The position numbers and the translations under genes are program-made. From assembly GCA_010909165.1 (NCBI GenBank), contig MU008157.1:558001-622000 (forward strand): a stretch of DNA of 64,000 bases. Reading direction: 5' to 3'. Of the stretch, positions 23,981 through 35,296 are shown one piece after another. The DNA is from Anthoceros angustus (Eukaryota > Plantae > Anthocerotophyta). Each line of letters opens with the position of its first letter. The first letter of the stretch is position 1. A model generated the notes under the pieces. It did no database searches, was not told the DNA's origin, and saw only the letters and a list, made by a program, of their open reading frames with translations.

Positions 23981-25128
23981 TGTGAAGACTTTATAAATAT
24001 GCGAGATGGGAAGTCTCATCTACATTGAGGCGATGCATAACAACCCTCTAGAGGGCCCTAGACCAAGGGGACTAGGCCCTCGAACGCGTCTACTATGAAG
24101 GTACCTACCCTAAGATGTCATAGTATGGAATAAGCAAGGCCCTACTAACCACGCATTCCCGCATGAAGTCAAGATGAAGATGCTAAATTCCCATTCAAAG
24201 TTTGAAAATTGCCTTCGCTAACGCTCTTTGCGAGCAATGGATACTCGTTCTTTGGAAGAAAGCCACCACACTGGAAAGATGGAGCCCTACCCCGCTTCTT
24301 GCGGATGTAGTATGCTTTAGCACAAGCCTTGATAAATCTCGAGAAGTCCTTGCCCATGGCCCCGTGAGTCTAAATAGCAAGGGAATGAAAGCATGGCCTT
24401 CCGCATGGGGTGTACAGAACCTTGGTTGTAGTGCATCCCTCTCGCCCCAACTTAGAGGGTTGATGGGAAGAAATAGGTCACCAGAGAAACGCCTGCTAGA
24501 CAAACTATATGGGCGCTCCATGAAAGAAAGAATCACTCTCCTAGCAATGGAGAACATGATGTCCTGGATCACATATGTTACATTGCCCAACTATTGAGCA
24601 ATGACTAAGTGATAATGATAGTGATTTTAACCTTATCCGAATTTCATTAAACAATTGTTCAATGTCACTTTCTTGTGAAAAGTCTTCGCCACGCACGCCG
24701 CCATGAAATTGACAATGAACCGAGATTACGATATGGCTATGTATTTAGCTAATGACTACTTATTTGGTCACTGTCATGGCATAGCATAATAACATGGTGC
24801 CAATCTCTTACTATATACTCAGCAAATTTTAAATACTAAATTGCATATCGGAAGATGGGTTAGTAAACCTAATTTTGCTTATCCAGATACATGTGGAGGA
24901 CTATGACAATTGGGTGGTACGATAATAGATTGTCAAGATCTTTCTATCGTCATAAGGTGAAATGTAGATTGTTTGAAAGCCCATTCTAAGGCGTGTACTC
25001 ACGTAGGAAAGGCGTACATGGGGTTGTTAGTCGATTTTGCTGGCCAATGTGAAGCAACAAACAATGCGAACACCAAGGTAGAGCCAGCAAAGATTTGCCT
25101 AGCTTAGAAAATGATGTGTCTGGGCCGA
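23981..25128 (-). mobile_element. Tandem duplicate of the 22758-23980 CRE-like fragment
   Basis: Restarts at TGTGAAGACTTTATAAATATGC (23981) and is colinear with copy 1, differing largely by small deletions. Confidence 0.8.
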
Positions 25129-25419
25129 TCGGGTGGAGACAATACGGATCAGTTCTTGCTAAGGATTTACGAGCATGAGGAAGCGTCGTTCGCTTAGGAA
25201 AGGGGAACAAGGAGGAAAAACTGGGCAATTAGTCTCGCCAATCTTCAAGGCACATGAACGGGCAAATCTAAAGCGCTGTAGCACTCAGGAAGGCTAATGA
25301 TGAAGTTGAGAAACGAATGCACGAGATCGAATACGAGTATGTCCCCCTCCTCAGCTTGGTAAGGATTCAGCACTTACAATTGTTCTGTTTGCCTTCATGG
25401 ATGCCGGTGGTTCTCTTAT

Positions 25420-25660
25420 TAAAGAAGTTGGTAGCCTAGGATCGCATGTGTGAAGATCGTGCAAGAGGTAAGCAAGAGGGACAAGAGCAAGTTGGAATCG
25501 AAAGATGATACAAATTACACACAAAGAAAGGGTCTTATACAAAAACGGTTATTGACGGTTATTAATTAACAAATAATAAAACTAAACCTAATTTAATTGT
25601 AATTGAAATCACCATTATGTTTTAACACATATCTATTCCAAAATAAGCTATATTCCATTA
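25420..25660 (-). repeat. 3' LTR of copia element 1 (TAATGG...CTTTA)
   Basis: Matches 30257-30497 with four transitions and no indels by manual comparison. PPT at 25661-25669. Confidence 0.93.
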
Positions 25661-28600
25661 CTCCCACTTAGTTGCAATTAAGAGTTAATTGATAAGCTTG
25701 AAAATATCTTGAAAATTGACTTCATAATAGAAAGTGTACTCCCACGATATAAGCGGAAAAGAGTTCCAAAGTGACGATCACATAACACAATAAGGCTTCA
25801 TCCAATCACCAAGCCATGAAAGAGGAAATCAACTAATGAGTGTTCTCGCTTTGCTCACGCAGTATAAATTGTAGCCCAGCCAAAGTATGTTTCTGTAACT
25901 TTGGCAAAGACTTTGTCAAAAGGTCAGCCACATTTTCAAGTGGCAACATAGTCCACTATTACCTCTTTACTCGCTTGTCTTATAAAATGATGAGCAATCT
26001 CGATATGCTTACTTCTAGCATGAAAACTGGATTCTTCGATAAAGCAATGGCGATCGTTGTCGCACCAAGCCGAGTTGGTCCTTCATGAAGTCGCTTAAGT
26101 CCACTTAAGAAAGATCTAATCCAAATAACCTCTCTAGCTTGTGTCATGGCACCATATTCGCCTGTAGAGAGGAAAGACAAATAGTAGTGAGCTTTTACTT
26201 GACCAAGAGATAACGATCCACCTAAAATGTACGAGGCTGCAATACATCTAGTGTCCGGGTCACCACAGGCATCACAAAGGACATTAGCGCAAACCATCCG
26301 TTGCTTAGAAAACGTAAACCTTTGCGTTGTTCCTTTGAGGTACCTAAAATTCTCTTCATCGCAGCCCAATGTGGCAAGCCGTGGTTCTCTAGAACCGACT
26401 TACATTACTAATCGCACGTGTGATGTCTAATCTAGTCCAACTCGATAGATAGATTAAACAACCATGTTTGCAAGGCTTGAGTGCCATCTCGGCCTTTTCT
26501 TCTTGTCGGGCATTGTTCCTTAGATAGCTTTTCACCAGTAGACATAGGTGTGCTTACTGGTCGTGCATCCTCCATCTTGAACCTCTTAAGTAGTTGATGT
26601 ACAAAATGCTCTTGATGAATATCAATAGTGTTATCGCGAGTGTTAAAATGGAATTGAATGCCAAGAGAAAAGATAATCGCCCAAATCACCATATCAAACC
26701 TCGCCAAAAGTAACGCTTTCATTCTTGCCATAAGAGTTGGTGAAGTGCTAAATAAAATATTATCATCCACATAAACAGTTAAAATGATAAAATCATTGTC
26801 ATCCCATAAAATATATACGCTATCGTCAAACATGTGAAACCCAATTCTATGAGCAATGCATGAAACACTTCATTCCATGCACGGAGGATTTAAGACCATA
26901 AAGTGTTTTTAAAAGTTGACATACTTTATTAGGGTCTATAATAAAACCTTCCGGTTGAGCCATGTAGATGACCTCATCTAAGGTGCCATTAAGAAAAGCA
27001 TTTTTTACGTCTAACTGATGTACGAGGAGATTGTAGTGAGCAGCAAGGGCAAGGAGTATTCTTATGGAAGTAGACTTAACAACTGGGGCAAATGTTTCAT
27101 TGTAGTCTAACCCCGCTACTTGACTATATCCCTTTGCCACGAGGCGAGCCTTATACCTACCAACACTACCATCTGTATTGAGTTTTTTTGAAGACCCACT
27201 TACAAGCAACTGGTTTACGACCAGGAGGGAGATCTACAAGAACCCAAGTTTTATTAGAAATGAGAGATTGATATTCAGACTCAATAGCCTTCTGCCAAAA
27301 GGAAGCTTCAGGCCCTTCAATAGCTTCTCTATAGGTGGCGGGTTCACCTAATGAGTCTACAACACTAAAAACGTGAGCGTGCGGAAAAAGTGGTTCCTCT
27401 ACAGCAATACTTGCAACATACGGAGGCTCTTTCCACTCTGACCTTGGAGGACGGTGTCTAGTAGAACGACGTAAGACTTGAGGAGTCTCTTCATTGGGTA
27501 ACTTCTTCCCGCATGTTCAAGTAATAGAAAAGTCATCCTGGAAGAGCAGTGATCATCACAATGCAACAATGGGAGTTGAGCAAGGTGTTATTGAGCCAAG
27601 AGATGGTCACTGTACACTTAAAGTGATCCTCAAGTACTATCCCACGCTCTTGTGTCCCGTCCATCTCTCATAAGGAGTAGTCAAACCAAGCTCCTTAGAA
27701 GGTAGTCGGTTGAGAACATAGTTAGACCATCAACGCTCAACCCAATATCCGCGAGAGAGACTAGCAAAAGTGAGAGATGCCAAAGTAGCCTCCTGGAGTG
27801 TCCGGTTTTTCCTCTCAAAGAAAAGAGTTCGGCGAGTATACTACCGTGAGTGTGATGGATCCTTCCAAGAGCAAAAGTTCAAAAGCATGATGTACTCGCC
27901 ACCATTGTCACTGCATAAAATTTTAACCTTGTGACCTGTCTGCTAGGTTGCAAAACGCACATAGGTTTGAAAACACATAAGAGCCTCGCTTTTATGTCTT
28001 AACACATAAACAATACAATAGCGGCTCCATTCATCTATGAATGTAATAAAATAAACAGCTCCTCCAAATGAGCTGGTGGACATAGGGCCACAAATGTCAC
28101 TATGAATAGTATCCAAAAGGGCAGAGGCCCTTGTTGAGTGGAGATCCGTATATGGCTTAGAAAAGGCTTTACTAAGCTGACAGGCGTCACAGAAGGGGTG
28201 ACTAGAAGGGAGATAGGTAAGTGGATCTCGAAAACTATCACCCTTTGTTAGAGATGCTAGACGTTGAAAATTGACGTGGGCAAGACGACAATGCCAAAGT
28301 TGCATTGAAGCTTGTCTTTGAATGGCATTGATAGACTGAGTGGGTTGAGGTTGCACTATCGATTTGACATCTAATAAATACAAATCATGAAAAGGGGTGC
28401 CTATGAAAAGGTTGTGACTTGATGGAACATGCATTACAATGCAACCAGATTGATCAAAACAGACTCGGCAAGAGTGTTTTTGTGACAACTTAATCATTGA
28501 CATCAAATTTTTGGTCATAGAAGGGACAAACAAAACACCAGAAAGTGTAAGTGAAGACCCGTCTGGGAGCTGTATGACCACTGAGCCCAAGCCTTTGATG

Positions 28601-29862
28601 GAAAGCCCATTGTCATCACCCAAAAGCACAAACTGATTGGCATCATATGTGGGTGAGAAAGTTTTAAATGAGTGTCTCAAAACAAATATGACTAGTGGCT
28701 CCGAATCTAAAACCAAGTTTCTACTTGAGAATGGATGATGAAAGACAAACTAAGATTGTGGGTGACTTAGCTTTTGTTGTTGTGACATTTGATTCGTGGA
28801 GACTTGTATCTCGTCGAGGCTCACCCCTTTTCTTCCCAATCCTTCTCAATATGGCGGGTATCTTGCACCAATAGTGGTCATATTGCTACTTTGGTGTCAG
28901 GATTATATGTGGAACGCTGAAAATTTTGGTTGGGAAGCCACGCCCCGCCACGCCTCGAAAGCCCCTCGCCTCGAGAAGTGAACAAAATTCTTGAGTTTGA
29001 TTGACCACTTGAGCTGGCCTTCATTTTATTAAGTCCACGAGTCCTCCTCCGCTAGAAGAGCTCCAAACACCTCAAGTGTAATAGCGGAGTTGCACCGCAA
29101 TCGCTGACTAGCTTTCCAATGGCGCGTGCGCTTACAAAAGATTGATATGCTTGAAGAGTAGCAAGTAGGCGACTGAACTTCACTTAAATCTGCTTCCACA
29201 ATATGCAAGGTTAGCACGACAAGTGCAAAACTGATATAAGACTCACGCCTCATTGTCTTTCATATGAAGACTAAAAATTCTGGCTTGTACTAGGAGGCCG
29301 AGCTCCTATCCTTATAAATCATCTTAAAGTTATTCCACACATCACTTGAAGTGGCGCACCCAAGGTATGTGTCATCATATTCGATCTAGAGAAATAATAA
29401 TAGTTCTTGCACGATCCTTCCGTTGCCATTCCAAAATGAGATCAGCTCCTGGAGCAGGAGTGTGCAATTCGCTCTACAACCCCCATCAATTCATTTTCTT
29501 CTAAAATTTGTGACACCCGCATTGCCCATATAGTGTAATCTGTCCCATTAAATCTATCTCTATCCTTGAATTCTATCCTAAGAGGAGTGAGAAGAGCGGG
29601 AGGCAAAGAAGAAGATCCCGACATGTTTAATCTAGATTGTACAGCTTGTGGAGAAAAATCTCATATAGAATACTCTACATGAGTTTCTATCTCTAAAGTT
29701 TCAAATAAATTGCCAAATAATGTATTGAATGCTTCACTATCATCATTGAGATCAAAATACATAAAAAGAGTGATTAGTACCAAAGCATATTACAACTAAT
29801 GAGGATGTAAAGGATTTAAGCTAGTGTATAAAAATTAATTAAAAACAATTGTGAAATAAGAA

Positions 29863-30188
29863 GCTGCCTTGGTATAGTGGTTAGTGACCGTGTCTATCAC
29901 CCGAGTCACCCGGGTTCGACGCACCTCCTTACAATGTCCCGTGGTTGCAAGCCGTCGCGGTTCCTTCGGAGGCTGTTGTACCGCTGGGGCCGGACGGGTG
30001 CGGCTGCCTGATTGGTATGGGGTTCAATCCTTTCGATTACTTTTGAGGGAAGGATGCCGTGATGAATCTGCTACATTTGTCCAAGAAGTGCGGCTGGGGC
30101 GCTCCATATGCTTCCTTTTTTGCTATTTTGCCTCGTTGAAGGCAAGTGGGATGTGTTCCCCTCTTCCATTTTTTTTTTTAACAAAAAA
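29863..30188 (+). mobile_element. tRNA-derived SINE-like Pol III unit inside the copia leader, antisense to the host element
   Basis: Head GCTGCCTTGGTATAGTGGTTAGT...CTATCAC...CCGGGTTCGA has an A box, B box and tRNA-Asp-like layout but cannot close the T stem. T-rich then A-rich 3' end. Imperfect flanking repeat TGAAATAAGAA / TGAAAAGCA. Confidence 0.55.
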
Positions 30189-30244
30189 TGAAAAGCATAG
30201 CTACCCCATGAGGCTTAGCTACATGGGAGATGAGCAGATTCAAG

Positions 30245-30256
30245 GCTCTGATGCCG
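30245..30256 (-). promoter_or_regulatory. Primer-binding site (tRNA-iMet type) of copia element 1
   Basis: Minus strand CGGCATCAGAGC directly after the 5' LTR, a variant of TGGTATCAGAGC. Confidence 0.85.
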
Positions 30257-30497
30257 TAAAGAAGTTGGTAGCCTAGGATCGCATGTGTGAAGATCGTGCA
30301 AGAGGTAAGCAAGAGGGACAAGAGCAAGTTGGAGTCGAAAGATGATACAAATTACACACAAAGAAAGGGTCTTATACAAAAACGGTTATTGACGGTTATT
30401 AATTAACAAATAATAAAACTAAACCTAATTTAATTGTAACTGAAACCACCATTATGTTTCAACACATATCTATTCCAAAATAAGCTATATTCCATTA
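30257..30497 (-). repeat. 5' LTR of copia element 1
   Basis: Pairs with 25420-25660 and is flanked by the PBS and the CTTAT TSD. Confidence 0.93.
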
Positions 30498-30502
30498 CTT
30501 AT

Positions 30503-32230
30503 GGGTTTCTTCAGGTTTCGCCATCTCCGTCTTGGAATCGCCACAGTACTGAAGGCGACCCGCTAGGCGTGCTCTCTTCGCTATTGCTCACTATAGGGCC
30601 CTGCCTAGGCCGCCTCCGCGCTGACAGGTCTTCCTTCGCTGCACGATTCTCACATCCCTGACCGGGACAAAGTCAAGGAGGCCTTTGAGATATTCTCTTC
30701 GAGCTACAGGGCTTGAAGGTCAAGATGTCCAAGTGCTGCCTGGTCCCCGCTGGGATCCCACTACCTGCAGCTCACTGGGAGATTGCTCTTGGTCTCATGG
30801 ATTCTTGGGGTCCCTTGGTTCCCCGACTTCATTGGGAGCTCGACAAGGCCCTTGCAGAGGACCTCTCCCATATTGAAGACCTCCCTTGCCGGAGGATGCC
30901 TGTGGCCTTTGGAACTTTTCCTTCTGCTTTGCTAGGCGCCTGGTACCTCATCTCAGACCGCCTCCTCTCCGGCCCTTTGTCCCGGCCCGGGTTTGATAAG
31001 AAGATTATGGATACTCTTGGGGACATCTTGGGCCTGGGGGCTTTTGAGTGCCCCTGGGCGACTGCTCACCGGCAAGCATCCCCGCCTGCAATTTGGAGGC
31101 GAGGATCGCTTCCTCATCGAGGTCTCTTCCCGCGGCTTTGGGAGTTGGGCCCTCTCGCCCGCTTGGCTTCCTGCTTCATCCTCCATGACAAGCCCTTTCT
31201 CGAGGATCTCGATCAAGTGTGGAGGAGGGAACCTTCTCTCCAATCGCCTTGAGGCGCCAGACATGTTATCGCAGATGCTCTAAGGACTTCCTCCTTTCTA
31301 CATTTATCACGATGGCTTTAGGGATTGCGCATCTCGCCGAGAAGCCGCCAGCTTTTCCGTCCTCCAGACCCTCCATCTCTGTGTCCACTAGAGCGCTGCC
31401 CGCTTTTGTTCTCGAAGGGAGCAGTGCTTGGCTACCGCCCGCCCATGCATACGGGATTTCACATCGCACCAACCACCTTCACCATCGCGATGCGATTCCG
31501 TCTCGGCCTACTCCACCGGGCTTCTTCGCCTCACTTGTGAGTGCGGCTCGCCTTGACGCCTCGTGTCCACCTTGCTCGTTGTCCCCACGGGTCATCGATT
31601 GCCACCACGACGCCATCCGTGACGCCATGTTTGCCATTGCTCGCGAAAGTGGCTATATGGCCCGGAGGGAGCGGGAGTATACTCTTCTGTGTCGCTCAAT
31701 CGTATGACTTATACCTTGTCCGTGGCGACTGTTGTGGTGGCGGATGTAGTGGTTACCGACCGCACGTGACGCCACCTCCGCCTGTGTCATCACCAACCGC
31801 CCAGCGCCGCCTGCGCGGCCTCAAGGTCCGCAAGTATAGCAGGATGCAAGCGGCCACCTCTTTATCCCGCTTGCTCTAGAAACGTAAATGGTCGAGGACT
31901 TTGACAAATTCATCAAGTCTTGTGCCAAAGCTTACCATGCGCGCAGTATAGTGTATCGTCCTCTCAGATTTCACAAAGATACTCCGGGGGTTTCTATTGC
32001 TCTTCAACGGCGCCTCAACGGCGATTCTCCATAAGGCGACGGTGGGTGATGCCTTTTCCTCTTCCTCCGTGGTTTGGGTGCCGCTTATTATTCGCATACA
32101 TATGACATTGTGGTGCATTGGTCACTTTAGGTAGGGAGCTCGATTGCTCCTCTTCACTCCGACCCCCGGGTCCCCATTTGTTGTCCCTTCCTAGATGGTC
32201 TCTTTCCATCGTTCTTTCACCTCAATAAAT
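30503..32230 (+). mobile_element. CRE-like non-LTR retrotransposon (RT C-terminus, zinc knuckle, RLE), degenerate; its left part probably lies at ~25130-25414
   Basis: GDPLG...FAIAHYRAL (RT), GLKVKMSKC, FDKKIMDTLGDILG, AMRFRLGL, HLARCPHG / HDAIRDAMFAIARESG, VVADVVVTD, FIPLALET, DFDKFIKSCAKAYH and VSIALQR. Confidence 0.8.
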
Positions 32231-32929
32231 CATCTCATATTTACTTATGCGTTCACCTCCTACTGCAGAACCGAATCAACAGACGCTCTTTACAACTAGT
32301 CTTAACTCCCGAGCAAAAAATTTCATTGTTCCTACGGAGGGACGATACGGCTGATAGGAATCAAGTCCCTCGTGATGCCGAAATGATCCAGATCTGGCTT
32401 TCTAGGGAAAATCAAAGGGCTTCCAACCTCCTTTACAATGATGTTGATTATGATGAAGACGTCCTTCATAAGAACAATCTATTAGATGTGATTCGAAAGG
32501 AACCAACGCCGTCGATGTGAAGGAGAGGCGGCATGAGATGTTAGTTTGAGGATGGTTTATTCAACCAGCCTACTTTTTCTTGCAGTTTCTTGTTGGCTGG
32601 TTGTATGAGTTTCATAGCAATCATATTTCATGCGCCTTTGATATCATCAAAAACAGAACTGTAGGCAACATGGTTACAGCCATTCATTTTCTAGTTGTAC
32701 CTTCCGCTTTGCACCAAATAGCTTGCAGCATAGCTTCTTAAAAAGCCCTCTTCATGGGCTACAAACGCCGGTACTCTATTGGGCCCTACATCATCATTCA
32801 CAAGTTGTGGATATCTACCGCCATAGGGCCCAACAAGATCATGCCCCGTAAGCACGACAAGGGTAAGGACATGGATGCACATCCAATTGTATCACTGGAA
32901 GAACACCCACTATGATGGAAAACCATCAA

Positions 32930-33277
32930 TGTCGCTCAGGTCTAGTTCCTAATGCCTGCAAGTGCCCCCCAAGCTAGCTGAGGAAAGAAGGGGAGAGGAA
33001 AAGAGCGGGACAAGAAGAAGAATTATATTTAAGTCCACTGAGGACGGATTTCCGTCATGGGACTTGGTACTTAGCTTGTTGAATATTTAATTATTACTTA
33101 TAGGGCATTATATATACCTAGAATCGCTTTGATAACCCTAGATGAATGTTAGTTGGTTGTTGTAACTGCTTTCATGTAGCTAGGACATATTCCTTGTTCC
33201 CTCAACCTTTTGATATACACACACATCTTTGCCTTCTTGTCGCGGGTTGCTCAATGCTATGAACCTATAACTGAACA
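32930..33277 (+). repeat. Copia-2 LTR copy 1, PBS at 33278-33288
   Basis: TGTCGCTC...GAACA followed by TGGTATCGAGC. Confidence 0.85.
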
Positions 33278-33298
33278 TGGTATCGAGCCCATGGCCTT

Positions 33299-33631
33299 TG
33301 ATCGCTCGGTCTAGTTCCTAATGCACAAGTGCCCCCAAGCTAAGGAGGAAAAGAAGGGAGAGGAAAGAAGGACAAGAAGAAGAATTATATTTAAGTCCAC
33401 CGAGGACGGATTTCGTCATGGGACTTGGTATACTTGTTGAATATTTAATTATTACTTATAGGGCATTATATATACCTAGAGCCTTTCGCCCTAGATGAAT
33501 GTTAGTTGGTTGTTGTAACCGCTTTCATGTAGCTAGGACATATTCCTTGTTCCCTCAACCTTTTGATATACACACACATCTTTGCCTTGGTGTCATGGGT
33601 TGCTCAATGCTATGAACCTATAAGCGGAACA
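33299..33631 (+). repeat. Copia-2 LTR copy 2, PBS from 33632
   Basis: Colinear with 32930-33277 and followed by TGGTATCGAGCC. Confidence 0.8.
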
Positions 33632-34943
33632 TGGTATCGAGCCACAGCTGATCTTGGATTACACTATGCATAAGGCGGTTTGCTTCTTTGGTGTGTTTGT
33701 AAAATTCTTGGTTTTCAAATGGCAATTTGCCACAAACCCTAGCACACAAGGCAAGATGCCTCGCATGACGGTCTGCGGGCAATCTTGGCCGATTTTGATA
33801 AGGGAAAAGGAAGGCTATTCGAGCCCCGACTTTGAGAAGCTATATTATAAGAAGCGCGCTGCGAAATCGAAGAAACGAGCCGGTTTCTTGGCGCATTTCT
33901 TGACTCTGGCTTGTCTGCGACAAACAACCGTGCATCAAGATCACGGACGATTATTCAACGTTCAACCAAGTTCTCAACATCAGCAGAAATCCAGAACACG
34001 TCCAGAAGTTTTTACAAAACATCAGGCTATTCTTAACTCAATCCTGAATATCAAGAGCACTGTTCTGGAATACACATCTCGAATAGATTATGTTCTAACC
34101 AGGCAGGAGCAACTTGAAAGGCTGAGAATTTCAGACCTCATGATGATGGCAAAGCAAGAGAGTGACATCAGCAGCCTCAGGGAGCAAATTGCTCGCTTGT
34201 CTGCACCAAACTAATTTGTTCTCGAGGTGCATCGTCGTGATCAACTAATCGACTCCTGTGGATCGAACCGGGTTAAGATAAGGACCGGTGACTCGAGTAA
34301 TTTCGATGCTGGAGCTTGAGTGCGGCATCCTTGAGGAGAAATTGCTAATGGAAGTGGTTGATGGCATTGTTCCTAAGGAGGACGTCACCGATAGAATCAA
34401 GTCCTCGTGATGCGAAATGATCCAGATCACGGCTTTCTAGGAAAATCAAAGGGCTTCCAACCTCCTTTACAATGATGTTGATTATGATGAAGACGCCCTT
34501 CATAAGAACAATCTATTAGATGTGATTGAAAGACCAGCCGATGTGAAGGAGAGGCGGCATGAGATGTTAGTTTGAGGACTGGTTTATTCAATCACGGGCC
34601 TACTTTTTCTTGCTTTCTTGTTGGTCAAGGTTGTATGAGTTTCATAGCAATCATATTTCATGCGCCTTTGATATCATCAAAAGCAGAAGCAACATGGTCT
34701 GACCATTCATTTTCTAGTTGTACCTTCCGCTTTGCACCAACACTGCAAATAGCTTTAAAAAGCCCTCTTCATGGGCTACAAGCCTTGATACTCTATTGGG
34801 CCCTACATCATCATTCACAAGTTGTGGATATCTACCGCCATAGGGCCCAACAAGATCATGCCCGTAAGCAATAAGGGTAAGGACATGGATGCACATCCAA
34901 TTGTATCACTGGAAGAACACCCACTATGATGGAAAACCATCAA

Positions 34944-35296
34944 TGTCGCTCAGGTCTAGTTCCTAATGCCTGCAAGTGCCCCCCAAGCTAGCTGAGGAAA
35001 GAAGGGGAGAGGAAAAGAGCGGGACAAGAAGAAGAATTATATTTAAGTCCACTGAGGACGGATTTCCGTCATGGGACTTGGTACTTAACTGTTGAATATT
35101 TAATTATTACTTATAGGGCATTATATATACCTAGGGCACTGTTCATAACCCTAGATGAATGTTAGTTGGTTGTTGTAACCGTTTTCATGTAGCTAGGACA
35201 TATTCCTTGTTCCCCTCAACCTTTTTGATATACACACACATCTTTGCCTTCGGTGTCGCGGGTTGCTCAATCTGCTATGAACCTATAAACGGAACA
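34944..35296 (+). repeat. Copia-2 LTR copy 3, PBS at 35297-35308
   Basis: TGTCGCTCAGG...GGAACA followed by TGGTATCAGAGC, then leader and gag. Confidence 0.88.

Larger units (their letters stand above)
25420..30497 (-). mobile_element. Ty1/copia LTR retrotransposon with intact boundaries, frameshifted gag-pol
   Basis: 241-bp LTRs (25420-25660 and 30257-30497), TSD CTTAT (25415-25419 and 30498-30502), PBS CGGCATCAGAGC, PPT AAGTGGGAG. Order: gag (FNGTDYTIWAMRV), PR (VLDS), LWHCRLAH, IN (IHSDICGP...FIDEWSRY), RT ([12 protein letters not shown]...[19 protein letters not shown]), RNase H (AREVIWIRSFL). Confidence 0.95.

Noticed and set aside
29863-30188. Functional tRNA, telomerase RNA or RNase MRP
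   Set aside because: T stem and acceptor stem do not close, there is no telomere template, and the MRP P4 motifs do not match convincingly.
32340-32929. Possible kinase or other gene fragment in the copia-2 flank
   Set aside because: No frame gave a convincing conserved motif, so it is left unannotated.
33734-33741. AAACCCTA as interstitial telomere
   Set aside because: Single units only (also near 35403), at most telo-box motifs.
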